DNA of 64,000 nucleotides from Mizuhopecten yessoensis (taxonomy: Eukaryota): the NCBI RefSeq assembly GCF_002113885.1, contig NW_018480074.1, positions 434,001-498,000 of the forward strand. Direction: 5' to 3'. Under the pieces are notes generated by a model. The model worked only from the letters and a program-made list of their open reading frames with translations. It was not told the DNA's origin and ran no database searches. The position numbers and the translations under genes are program-made. This document shows, piece by piece, positions 50,910 through 64,000 of this stretch (the first letter of the stretch is position 1; the number at the start of each line of letters is the position of its first letter).

Positions 50910-51919
50910 CTCTATATACTATTATGACATTCACCAAGTGGGATGAGGCCCTGCTGGGGTTGGATTCACATCTGATGATAGACATGTATGTATTTCATGT
51001 ATCTGTACGAAGGATATATGCATCACCCTACCCTAATTTTGTAACGCAACATTCAGCTAGGAGTAAATAATGATTTGGCACTGTATAACTTGATGTTTTT
51101 ACAACAAGTTATATAACATTTGATTGTGATTGTGTATGACTAATAAAGATTACTCCTTTAAGTATCATCCCTGATCACTCTTAAATGCTCCTATCTGAGA
51201 ATATATCTTTAGAAAAATAATATAAAATGCTTGAGTAAGTAAAATTTCAATCATGACTCATGTATTTGACTTTGTAGTGGAGTTATTGATTTTGAGAAAA
51301 TTTAAAAATATTGATCTATTTTGCATAACTTTTCCATTAGTCATATTTGTGACTTTCAAATTTTTTAATTTCATTGATCTTTGAAAAAAAAAAAAAAAAA
51401 GGGGTTACTTGCATAATTTACAGGGGGATTTATATGCTTATTGTGTTTTATGATTAATTTGTTTATGTAATTAAGCCATAAACTTTGTCAGTTTGACCTT
51501 TAAAGCTGTCAGAACTATAAGGTAACAACTGCAGACATCATGTGACATCCTGTTAGTGTGACATTCTGTGGGGATCGGGTTATAACATGAGACAAAAAAA
51601 ATTATCTCAAAACTAATCATTTAATTTTCGCGCCGTCACAGCATAACATATGTTGTGTCTTCTGGTAGAATTTAGGACAATTTTTTTTTTAATAAATAAA
51701 TCAAATCTTTTCACATATTTTGTGTTATTACATTCTATCTTTTCAAAATACATATTTCCCTGTACATACAGCTAGTTTTGAGTTAATTGTAGAAAGCTTT
51801 AACTCCTTCATCATTGATGCATGATGGGAGCATTTGTAAGACCCGCGTGGGTCATGAGTTGGTCGTGGGTGATAGGTTAATTTGCGAGTGTGACCCACAA
51901 GATGCAGGTCTAGAATGTT

Positions 51920-53372
51920 ATAGACACCATACAATATTAGATAGGCCAGGATGTACCTGGATATGTAATAGACACTTTACAATGTTAGATAGGCCAGGAT
52001 GTACCTAGATATGTAATAGACAGTATACAATGTTAGATAGGCCAGGATGTACCTAGATATGTAATAGACAGTATACAATGTTAGATAGGCCAGGATGTAC
52101 CTAGATATGTAATAGACAGTATACAATGTTAGATAGGCCAGGATGTACCTAGATATGTAATAGACAGTATACAATGTTAGATAGGCCAGGATGTACCTAG
52201 ATATGTAATAGACAGTATACAATGTTAGATAGGCCAGGATGTACCTAGATATGTAATAGACAGTATACAATGTTAGATAGGCCAGGATGTACCTAGATAT
52301 GTAATAGACAGTATACAATGTTAGATAGGCCAGGATGTACCTAGATATGTAATAGACAGTATACAATGTTAGATAGGCCAGGATGTACCTAGATATGTAA
52401 TAGACAGTATACAATGTTAGATAGGCCAGGATGTACCTAGATATGTAATAGACAGTATACAATGTTAGATAGGCCAGGATGTACCTAGATATGTAATAGA
52501 CAGTATACAATGTTAGATAGGCCAGGATGTACCTAGATATGTAATAGACAGTATACAATGTTAGATAGGCCAGGATGTACCTAGATATGTAATAGACAGT
52601 ATACAATGTTAGATAGGCCAGGATGTACCTAGATATGTAATAGACAGTATACAATGTTAGATAGGCCAGGATGTACCTAGATATGTAATAGACAGTATAC
52701 AATGTTAGATAGGCCAGGATGTACCTAGATATGTAATAGACAGTATACAATGTTAGATAGGCCAGGATGTACCTAGATATGTAATAGACAGTATACAATG
52801 TTAGATAGGCCAGGATGTACCTAGATATGTAATAGACAGTATACAATGTTAGATAGGCCAGGATGTACCTAGATATGTAATAGACAGTATACAATGTTAG
52901 ATAGGCCAGGATGTACCTAGATATGTAATAGACAGTATACAATGTTAGATAGGCCAGGATGTACCTAGATATGTAATAGACAGTATACAATGTTAGATAG
53001 GCCAGGATGTACCTAGATATGTAATAGACAGTATACAATGTTAGATAGGCCAGGATGTACCTAGATATGTAATAGACAGTATACAATGTTAGATAGGCCA
53101 GGATGTACCTAGATATGTAATAGACAGTATACAATGTTAGATAGGCCAGGATGTACCTAGATATGTAATAGACAGTATACAATGTTAGATAGGCCAGGAT
53201 GTACCTAGATATGTAATAGACAGTATACAATGTTAGATAGGCCAGGACGTACCTAGATATGTAATAGACAGTATACAATGTTAGATAGGCCAGGATGTAC
53301 CTAGATATGTAATAGACAGTATACAATGTTAGATAGGCCAGGAAATTACTAGATGTGAAATAGACATTATAA
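51920..53372. repeat. Minisatellite, 48-bp unit, ~30 copies, almost invariant
   Basis: Unit tacaatgttagataggccaggatgtacctagatatgtaatagacagta; one internal variant seen at 53248; accounts for the 468-aa minus-strand ORF. Confidence 0.97.
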
Positions 53373-53387
53373 AATGCTACCACTTTT

Positions 53388-53391
<4 letters not shown>

Positions 53392-53420
<29 letters not shown>
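53392..53420. repeat. (TA)n microsatellite
   Basis: About 14 TA repeats. Confidence 0.95.
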
Positions 53421-53423
<3 letters not shown>

Positions 53424-53944
53424 AAAAGTGATTAAATGTCCATGTGAAGGAAGTAAATATAGAAAAAATAAAATTAACGACCGACTTTATATATATACAC
53501 GCACATTCCACTGACTAATGATGTGATGATGGTAGATTTCAACTCAACCCTCATCAAGTGTTGTAGGTTACATATCTAGTAAGGTCTAGAAGCTATTAAC
53601 AGCCATACCTTGTCAACCAATTAAATTTGTTTCTATCTATGTGATAATGGAAAATGAAGAGGATAATATGGATCCAAGAATCAATTTATATAAGCTGTTC
53701 ATAAAATTACAATGTTATACTGCATAATAGGAACGTTACCAGTGTGTACATATAGTGTATGTGTTATGCAAAGACAGATATCATTCATTGTTCATTAAAA
53801 CAAATACATAGAAACATGGAGACAAGTGGAGACTTTAAATGAAGTAATTTAAATCAACCTTTCAACATCAAACTATTGCTTCAGATGGCATGGGTTTTAT
53901 ATAGTTATAAATAATATTCACTATGCATGTAGAATAATTATTCA

Positions 53945-54112
53945 GAGGTTTGTTTCTACAGGTTTATGGATTACACAGTGTCCATTTTATACAGGTTCAT
54001 AGATTATACAATGTCTGATTTACAGATTTTAAAAAAACAGTGTGGTTTATGAAAGTTCATGGATTATATGTGTCTGGCATATACAGGTTTATGGATTATA
54101 CAGGGTCCAGAT
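53945..54112. repeat. Decayed ~32-bp repeat
   Basis: tacaggtt(t/c)atggattaYacaRtgtc-like motif about 5 times. Confidence 0.55.
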
Positions 54113-54894
54113 TATTTCAAAAGCCATGAGTGAGGCCAATGCTCTTGAAGAATAGTAAGTTATATCAGTTTGGAAATGGTATGCTTGGATAATCATGGAC
54201 CAAGTGTCACCTGTATAGTGCTGTCATGAACAGCGACAAAAGGTGGGGTAACTCTCTGTGATAATGAACACAACCCACTGTTATAAGTACAGTAGCCCCA
54301 ATCATCATGGAGGTTTAGTTTCTCACAAGTGTGCTATTATGGGGCGACAGTAGATTGTCTGTTTGCTGGAAGTGGTCAGTAACCTTTGGGTACCTAAACA
54401 CCCTGGCTGGGTATAAATTCCCGCACACTTGTATACGTACCTGACTTTGACTTTGTACAAGTCTTTCTGTGTCTCCACCTGCGTAGAACAATAGAAAAAT
54501 GGTAATAAATATATATGCTGATACAGCCTTAAGCTGACAAGACCTAAACAAAATGTGCATGGCATGTACATCATGGCCAGGAGGGCTTATTGAAACAATG
54601 TTGATTTGAGGTCAAACAGAAAGTAAATATTTGGACAAGGCTGGCTAACTGTTCTTCCTGCTGGGAGGTTATTGTAGTGATAACGCCCCATTGTGACTAA
54701 CAATGTCAACAGAAAAGGGATGATAATCATTGTCATCATCCAAATTCCTATGTAATCTTCTTATGGTCAGACTGACAGATTACTGTAGTTGGAACTTTAA
54801 GGGGAATGTATGAGGTGAGAGTGGGATATTGTCCTAGTATAAATTGTGATGGACACTGAAGCGGTAACCTTGAAAGATTACCTGTGATAAACCA

Positions 54895-57800
54895 TTGGTC
54901 AGAAATAAGCCCACCTGTCCAGTAATAAGCCAGCTATGCCTTTATCAACCAATGCTAGAAAATAAGCCGACCAGCTCACAAATAAGCCAATTCTACCCTG
55001 TAATAAGCCCTCCCTTCCATTGTTTAACTCGTGGTCAGTAATAAACCCACCCTTCCCTTGTTTAACTCGTGCTCAGTAATAATCCCACCCTGCTCAGTAA
55101 TAAGCCCACCCTTCCCTTGTTTAACTTGTACTCAGTAATGAGCCAGCCCTTCCCTTGTTTAATTTGTACTCAGTAATAAGCCCATCCTTCCCTTGTTTTA
55201 CTTGTACTCAGTAATAAGCCCACCCTTCCTTTGTTTAACTTGTACTCAGTAATAAGCCCACCCTTCCCTTGTTTAACTCATGCTCAGTAATAATCCCACC
55301 CTGCTCAGTAATAAGCCCATCCTTCCCTTGTTTAGCTTGCACTCAATAATAAGCCCAGCCTTCCCTTGTTTAACTTGTGCTCAGTAATAAGCCCGAACTG
55401 CTCAGTAATAAGCAACACCCTTCCCTTGTTTAACTTGTGCTTAGTAATAAGCCCACCCTTTCCTTGTTTAACTCGTGCTCAGTAATAAGCCAACCCTGAT
55501 CAGTAATAAGCCCAACCTTCTCTTGTTTAACTCGTGCTCAGTAATAAGCCCACCCTTCCCTTGTCTAACTCGTGCTCAGTAATAAGCCCCCCCTGCTCAG
55601 TAATACGCCCACCCTGCTCAGTAATAAGCCCGCCCTGCTCAGTAATAAGCCCACCCTGCTCAGTAATAAGCCCACCCTGCTCAGTAATACGCCCACCCTG
55701 CTCAGTAATAAGCCCACCCTGCTCAGTAATAAGCCCACCCTTCCCTTGTTTAAGTTATGCACAGTAGTAGGCTCTCCCAATCCTTGTTTACCACACTCAG
55801 TAATAAGCCCACCCTTCCCTTGTTTAAGTTATGCACAGTAATAGGCTCTCCCAATCCTTGTTTACCACACTCAGTAATAAGCCCTCCCTTTCCTTGTTTA
55901 AGTTATGCACAGTAATAAGCCTACCCTTCCCTTGTTTAACTTGTACTCAGTAATAAGCCCACCCTTCCATTGTTTAACTTGTACTCAGTAATAATCCCAC
56001 CCTTCCCTTGTTTAACTTGTATTCAGTAATAAGCCCACCCTTCCCTTGCCTAACTCGTGCTCAGTAATAAGCCCACCCTTCCCTTGTCTAACTCGTGCTC
56101 AGTAATACGCCCACCATTCCCTTGTCTCACTTGTACTCAGTAATAAGCCGACCCTGCTCCGGAATAAGCCTAACCTTCCCTTGTTTAACTTGTACTCTGT
56201 AATAAGCCTACCCTTCCCTTGTTTAACTTGTACTCTGTAATAAGCCCACCCTTCCCTTGTTTAACTCGTACTCTGTAATAATCCCACCCTTCCCTTGTCT
56301 AACTTGTACTCAGTAATAATCCCACCCTTCCCTTGTTTAACTTGTCCTCTGTAATAAGCCCACCCTTCCCTTGTTTAAGTTATTCACAGTAATAGGCTCT
56401 CCCAATCCTTGTTTACCACACGCAGTAATAAGCCCACCCGTCCCTTGTCTAACTTGTACTCAGTAATAATCCCACCCTTCCCTTGTTTAACTTGTCCTCT
56501 GTAATAAGCCCACCCTTCCCTTGTTTAAGTTATTCACAGTAATAGGCTCTCCCAATCCTTGTTTACCACACTCAGTAATTTAAAAAGCCTGCCATGCTGT
56601 TAACCCCTTCCCTTGTTTAACTTGTACTCAGTAATAAGCCCACCCTTCCCTTGTCTAACTTGTACTCAGTAATAAGCCGACCCTGCTCCGTAATAAGCCT
56701 AACCTTCCCTTGTTTAACTTGTACTCTGTAATAATCCCACCCTTCCCTTGTTTAACTTGTGCTCAGTAATAAGCCCGAACTGCTCAGTAATAAGCAACAC
56801 CCTTCCCTTGTTTAACTTGTGCTCAGTAATAAGCCCACCCTTCCATCGTTTAACTTGTACTCAGTAATAAACCCACCCTTCCCTTGTTTAACTTGTGCTC
56901 AGTAATAAGCCCACCCTTCCCTTGTCTAACTTGTACTCAGTAATAAGCCCACCCTTCCATTGTTTAACTTGTACTCAGTAATAAGCCCACCCTTCCATTG
57001 TTTAACTTCTACTCAGTAATAAGCCTACCCTTCCATTGTTTAACTTGTACTCAGTAATAAGCCCATCCTTCCCTTGTTTAACTTGTACTCAGTAATGAGC
57101 CCACCCTTCCATTGTTTAACTTGTACTCAGTAATAAGCCCATCCTTCCCTTGTTTAACTTGTACTCAGTAATAAGCCCACCCTTCCCTTGTTTAACTTGT
57201 ACTCAGTAATAAGCCCACCCTTCCCTTGTTTAACTTGTACTCAGTAATAAGCCCACCCTTCCCTTGTCTTACTCGTGCTCAGTAATAAGCCCACCCTTAC
57301 CTTGTCTAACTTGTACTCAGTAATAAGCCCACCCTGCTCCATAATAAACCTACCCTTCCCTTGTCTAACTTGTACTCAGTAATTAGCCCACCCTGCTCCG
57401 TAATAAGCCCACCCTTCCCTTGTCTAACTCGTGCTCAGTAATAAGCCCAACCTGCTCAGTAATAGGCCCACCCTTCTCAGTAATAAGCCCATCCTTCCCT
57501 TGTTCAACTTGTACTCAGTAATAAGCCCACCCTGCTCCGTAATAAGCCCACCCTTCTCAGTAATAAGCCTACCCTTCCCTTGTCTAACTTGTGCTCAATA
57601 ATAAGCCCACCCTGCTCAGTAATACGCCCACCCTTCTCAGTAATAAGCCCATCCTTCCCTTGTTTAACTTGTACTCAGTAATAAGCCCACCCTGCTCAGT
57701 GATAAGCCCACCCTTCCCTTGTCTAACTCGTGCTCAGTAATAAGCCCACCCTGCTCAGTAATAAGCCCACCCTTCTCAGTAATAAGCCTACCCTTCCCTT

Positions 57801-58170
57801 GTCTAACTCGTGCTCAGTAATAAGCCCACCCTACTCAGTAATAAGCCCACCCTTCCCTTGTTTAAGTTATGCACAGTAATAGGCCCTCCCAATCCTTGTT
57901 TACCACACTCAGTAATAAGCCCACCCTTCCCTTGTTTAAATTATGCACAGTAATAAGCCCACCCTTCCCCTGTTTAAGTTATGCACAGTAATAGGCCCTC
58001 CCAATCCTTGTTTACCACACTCAGTAATAAGCCCACCCTTCCCTTGTTTAAGTTATGCACAATAATAGGCTCTCCCAATCCTTGTTTAAGTTATGCACAG
58101 TAATAGGCCCTCCCAATCCTTGTTTACCACACTCAGTAATTTAATAAGCCTGCCATGCTGTTAACCCAAT
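54895..58170. repeat. Composite modular satellite (~3.3 kb) of 21-, 38- and ~36-bp units
   Basis: Modules ctcagtaataagcccaccctg (21), ctcagtaataagcccacccttcccttgtttaacttgta (38) and cacagtaataggctctcccaatccttgtttaccaca (~36) are interleaved. Confidence 0.95.
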
Positions 58171-60751
58171 AAGGAAAGAACACTCATTTGTTTTTTTTAA
58201 TGATTTTAAGTTACTGTATTGATTAATGAGTTTGACTGTTTGTTGAATTCTGCTTTGCATGATGAAGTCCTTACAAAACTAAAAACATTGTAAAAATATT
58301 TTCAGAAGAAATCATGTAGGAGAGTTTTTGCTACATTCAGAATTCTATGAAACTTTTGTCACAGAATTTTAAAAGGCGACATGTTTTGTACATACAGCAA
58401 TGTTATTTCTGCTATGCTGATCATTCAGATTCTGTTTTGAAGGAAGTTAATCATTTCTGAATGTAAATAGTGATAGTATCACAGATGTGTATCGTTATTC
58501 TGATTTGTATATACTACTGATGTTTATCTCCTGTTATGCTCCTATCATTGGATCCGTGAAACATCAGCATTTAATGTGTCGTATGATCCCTGTCTGTGGG
58601 AGAAAGCCACACCCACTCATCTTATGACAAAGTCTAGTTAGTTTGGATCAACCACCCCCACCCTTTTCATGACAATGTCTGGTTAGTTCAACAAGAAATC
58701 TGAATGCATGTGGAAAGATTTTACATCACTGAAAATATCTTCATGAAAAAAATAAACAGTGATTAGTTTTCAGACACTTTTTAATCACTAAAAATATTGA
58801 AAATAAAAACTATTTATTTCAAGTGTTAATAATGTGAGGCTTTGGAAAAGTTGTAGTTAATATTTTTTGAGTTTATTATTTTGTAAGATAACCATGCTCT
58901 GACTACCATGACAGTATATTAGGTACGCTACATTGAATGACTGATTTCCTGTTTCTTTATCAATGAGTGTATATGTATACAAGTACACTTACTGTAACAC
59001 TGTTACCACTGTAATCCTCTATCAATCCTGTGCAAATTCACCCTAAATTTATCCTCTATTTAAGTTCGTCAAATTTGACCCTATACTGTAAGATTGCATT
59101 CTACCTATATTAATCGCCCTTTCCCCCTCCTTTCAATATCCAACAGCACTCAGGCCCCACCCCTCAGGACCAGCTAGTGTCTTAATGCTCCTTAAATAAT
59201 TTTGAACTTAAAACCTAAATTTATATAACTTCTTAATTAGAATTTGTTACTGGTACTAAAGATGAGGTATAATTAGCTTATTTAAGTGTTATTATCACTT
59301 TTAATCTTGGTATTTTCCACATCTGTTTTTGTGTTGAATTTTATGGTCGTGATATGTTGGACAAGAATTTAGGAAAGTATAAAAGCAAATTGTCTCTTAG
59401 GCCATTTATTCACTTAAATGCCATTCTTTTTAGACATACTTGTACAGTAGTTAAATTTTATGTAAAAAGCTCTCTTCTCACAAACAAATGGAGTTTGTTT
59501 CAAGATTTCTCTCCTTTAAATAATGGAAAATATATTGTCATATGTCAGACGAAATTTGATAATTTTATTTTGTTATAGGACGTTCAGTTCAGCGAACAAT
59601 CACTTCTGAATGGGAACGCATCAGGATATGAATAAAGTATAAAAAATTATGTCATTCGTACATAAAAACTACTTCCTCTTTATAAACACATTCACTGAAA
59701 ACCAGTCTGGCAGAAAAAAATGGAGTATGATTCGGATGAAATATTTAATTCATTTTCAGAGATATCCTGATGGGTATCAAATATGGTGTATAAGGCATAT
59801 CTTTACATGAACAGTTAAATGTGTATTTAAATATGTTTTGATAAATGTGAAAACCTCTAGGCTACCTGTTGTGATATTAGATTTGGATAGAAATTTCAAA
59901 AATATCATGCTATTGATAAGGTCTATTTCTGTTGTAAAATGACATGTTTCAGTTCATAAAAAGTCAATTGTAGCCGTCCTACAGTGTAAAAAGCTATAAA
60001 GTTGAAAGGCAGTGTTCGTTATCTGGGGTTTCAAAATCCTTGTAAAAGATAAAATCTGAAAAGTTCTGAAATTCTTCCTATTCAAGATTTGATATTTTCA
60101 AATAGATTGCTGGGAAAGTTGGGGTGTAGCGTCTGTTTATAGTCAACCATGGCAGTAACCAAGTAGATTAAACTTCACCATTTTCAATCAGTGCCTCTTT
60201 AAAATGTGATTTACGGAGGTGAGAAGTCTTAAATTGCATCACTGAATAGGTCAATTATTTAAATTGTCTGCGACAAATTGAGTCAGGTTTTTTTACATCG
60301 GTGTGTAAACAAACCAAGAGACGTACAAAGGGCTCTTCAAGTCAACTATCCATTTCACTGCTAATTTAATGTTTACATTTAATTTTCTCCACGAATTTTA
60401 ATTGAATCTCATTGCTATTATACATTCGAAGGTAAAAGATATACCGAGTATTCCATATATAGATTCAGGGTAGTAGGCCTAGTGTGATAGTAAGTTCTTT
60501 CCTTAAAATCTTCTTTAAGGGATCACCCAACCCCTAAAATAATGCCAACATTTCTCTGGATGAATGGAGGCAGTATAAGAAGGTTACGTTAGAACTCTTT
60601 GCTTCAGTATAAAATTCCGGTGGTTATACAGTGTAGATCAAATTTCTGGCCATTAAACTTAATGCCCTATCCGCTTTGTGATCAAGTCTTTAAAATTGAA
60701 AGGGTCAGTGACAATACATACACTACTGGTAGGAAAATGACCTTGCAAGTT

Positions 60752-60827
60752 TCTTTGAATTCTGGACTGAAATAGATCTTTGAATTCTGGACTGAAATAG
60801 ATCTTTGAATTCTGGACTGAAATAGAT
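60752..60827. repeat. 25-bp perfect tandem repeat, 3 copies
   Basis: tctttgaattctggactgaaataga at 60752, 60777 and 60802. Confidence 0.95.
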
Positions 60828-63800
60828 AGTGAAAGTTTTAATTTGCATAGATTGAATGACCTTGCAGATTTCTTTCAAATCTGTTTGAGTGTATTTAGGG
60901 ATTATTGTACTTCAGTAGACCTGTGTAGCAAAGTTAACATTACAAAAGATACCTATTTATAGTTAGATTTACCTGTATGATATAAGTTAACGATATAATA
61001 CATACACGGTTATCAATTTTACCTATATCTAGATAGTTAATGTTATTCAGAGGTGTCTTCTCGAGGAACACCTTCTGTTAGATTATATGGTATATGGCGA
61101 TAATTATTCCGGCCCGAGGGCCTTACCACAAACCCAATCTTTTTCAATGTACACAATGAAATCCCTATATTAATTTTTGTCACGTGTATTCTAGGCATAC
61201 TGGAAATACTTGTATGTAAATTTTTCAGTGGAATTTGATATTCAAATTGCCCACGTTTACCTGGCTGTAAACGATTTTATCAAGATGAAATGAACGAATT
61301 AAAACAAAGAGTGCTTTTAATAGGTTATGTGCAACATTTCATTGTAAGTTGTAACACAGACAGCCTTGTTTAAGAACATGACAAATATTTATTGAAAAAA
61401 AAATTCAGGGATTCAGGGATTTTCATAGGAGGTAAAATTATATCATTGAATCGTGTTTCAATTTCGTTTCTTGGAATAGCAAACAGATTCCAAAACGAAT
61501 GAGTTATGATGGAAACCAATGCACTCTTAATTGAAAGCTTTTTGACAAGGGAAGTGAGAGTTTTGCTGTAGTTGATGACAGACTAGCATTAAGAAAGCTA
61601 TAAGTCAGTAAACGATCCTGATGGTTATATCACTGTAAAATGCAGCGGAAACAGACGATATGTAACGCTGGTGTTTCCATGCTAACTAGCTAGACTGTAT
61701 GTTTCATGTTCTCTGTCAATTTAAGGGATAGGACTTCGAGAAACACTCAGCAGATCCGTCTGTTTCAGAAAGCTTTGCTTGACTTCGGTGGAATTTTGAC
61801 TTCCGTAGAATCTTTTAGCAGAAAGGTTTTGTCATATTGGCAAGAATGACAAAAATTTTGAAGCTGATTAAAAGTATTGCAAAACCAAAAATCTATATGT
61901 CATAAAAATGTTTTTTGAGATATCAATTTTTTGAGAGCTTTTGAGACCCATTACTCATTTGTAAGATTAAATACATGATCACTCCAAGAAAGAATTAATA
62001 GAATTAATTTTCAAAAAATCCCCAGAAAACAGAACTACTGGAAGATAATGACTTCTGGATTAATTTAATAAATTTAAAACAAAAATGGTTTTGGTCTTTT
62101 TGTTAGATGTCCTAATTAATCTTGCATTATTATTTTATGACCATGCATTTTTTAATTTGGGAAATAAAACTGTAGAAAGACCTATGATATTATAATTGTA
62201 TATGAATCACCTAAATCTTGTTATTTTTGTTATATTACAAATGCCTAATTTCCTTACTCTGATTTGTAATACTGAAACTGTTACAGACTTGTTTATGCGT
62301 AAGATTAAGACCTGATTTAGGTATAAAGGTTAAGACCAACATCTGGATGGATTAAAGTCAATTCTACTACAGTAGAGACAGATTAATACCAGCTAAATGA
62401 AGAGGATTAACAGTAGATTATCATTAGATTAGGATTATCACATAAGGAATGGAAATGCTGATTGCCTGATCCTGATTTAAGTTATGTAAATTAAATTTAT
62501 CTGTAGTATTAATCTCTGAATCAAGTCATGTCACAGTAGGTGGTTATCTCCCTTTGAATCTGGCTTTTGGAAATTGAAGCTTGATTACAAGAAATGGCTC
62601 AATACTCACGGGGTTCACAGTTTTACCGTCTCCACTTGGGGATGTCAAGGGCTATGTTGTATATTGTATTATATATAGAAATGTTAAATGACATTTATCA
62701 TATGACTAAATATTGTTTATGCACCGGCAATCACAGCATGGGGTTGTCTACCCGTGGAAAGGTGACTTAATGTTAAAGAACATGCTTCAAAAACAAGATA
62801 TAATCAAAAGCAGTTTATTTTTAACACATTCAGACATGTTTGTTAATATTTAAAGATTGTATGGAAAAAAATGTCAATTATATATATATAAGACTTTGCA
62901 TTTGCAATATCATGTCGTCATTGACTGTTCAAACCCAATATAGGTTTGTTCTTCAAAATAGAATCATGATAAACGCGATCATTTAACAGCTTCAGTGAGT
63001 ATGTATGGGGATTATGTCTATCAGTACTAATTAGAGATAAAATTTCAACTGGTGTAGATAAAATTTGACAAGTTCACATGTAGCCTCACCAGTGATTAAA
63101 CTTCTAAATGTAATACGAGCACAGTACTGATTTATACGGACCCTTTAAAGGTTAGTGCCTTGTCAGCTTTTTGAAAAAAATCAGTTTGGATACAATTGTT
63201 TTAATAGCTTTAAAGATTATGTTCATTTCATTTTAAAAAAATGTGCCTGTTCAATGTGACTACCCGTATATATTTCTGTGGAAATTTATAAGTTATGAGG
63301 AATAATAAATCAAATGTTAGGTTAAGCTTGCTGAGGGTGTGTTGAGAGATAGCTTTATTTGTGTGGGTGCTGTAATAGTTACGTGGTATGGGCGAGCTAT
63401 TGGTCTGAATGAATGTAGGAAAGATCAATCGATTGGTTGTCTGGTATTCGTGGGTTTAACTTGTACCACAGGTACAGCCGGAGATCAACAATTCTGACGG
63501 GGCCTTTATCAACCATAAAGAGGGCGTCCGAAGGTTGGTTTATGGGGATTTCAAAGGAGAAAGGTAGCCAGCTCGTAATGATAACATTGTCATTTCGCTA
63601 GGTAGAATCGTAAATGTCCAGACAAAATGTTATTGAAAGTTTGACTCGCAAAATTTTGTGGTGTCACAAATTTGGGTGTTTATTAAAAGATACGAAAGGC
63701 ATTGATCAAAGTCAGGCTGATTGACAAATATTGGTTTTGTTCCGGTCATCATAGATAGCACTGGACGTTGCTGGACACACAATAAAGATTTACCTAGGAG

Positions 63801-64000
63801 ATATTGGGCTATAGGTGACAAATGAAATTGGTCACCGTGACAGTTTATGTCTCAGAGCTGGTGTTACTGGTCATATCTCTTCAGGATAATAACAGTTGTG
63901 TTTAGTGAACGGAACAGAGATAATATCTGAAGAGTGTCAATATTTAATATCAATAGGGTGCGATATTTCCATTAACTGATGTTTTAAAAATGGAATTAAT

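Larger units (their letters stand above)
22003..64000 (+). other. Large spectraplakin intron (phase 0), apparently over 42 kb; may contain alternative or micro-exons
   Basis: Begins at GTAAGG. No sequence encoding the expected next CH1 segment (DLF/YEDLRDGHNLISLLEVLSG-like) was found by eye in the rest of the window. Confidence 0.6.

Noticed and set aside
51977-53383. 468-aa minus-strand ORF as a gene
   Set aside because: It is a translation of the 48-bp satellite with a non-ATG start.
19500-58720. Enrichment of Rbfox TGCATG motifs in the introns
   Set aside because: Many are visible, but CATG/TGCA words are generally inflated by CpG decay; cannot be claimed without a background model.

Overview
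AT-rich animal genomic DNA with introns; the SINE, MITE and minisatellite types suggest a mollusc, probably a bivalve (inference). One protein-coding gene is recognisable: the 5' end of a + strand spectraplakin (Shot/MACF1/dystonin/plectin family). Two small coding exons, 17922-18036 and 21941-22002, are absent from the ORF track. They splice in frame to [59 protein letters not shown], the start of the CH1 actin-binding domain. I could not find the next CH1 exon by eye, so the remaining ~42 kb is probably one large intron. All ORFs over 200 aa in the track are artefacts of tandem repeats. The window also holds six large minisatellites (65, 42, 27/28, 34, 48 and modular 21/38 bp units), several tRNA-derived SINEs, MITEs and a fold-back element. 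There is no CRISPR array or prokaryotic system. The best leads are inferences about control of the spectraplakin N-terminus: an in-frame three-ATG uORF 12 nt before the start codon, a candidate 3-nt microexon at the junction where plectin has exon 2-alpha, and an inverted SINE pair bracketing the CH1 exon. No new system can be established from the sequence alone.
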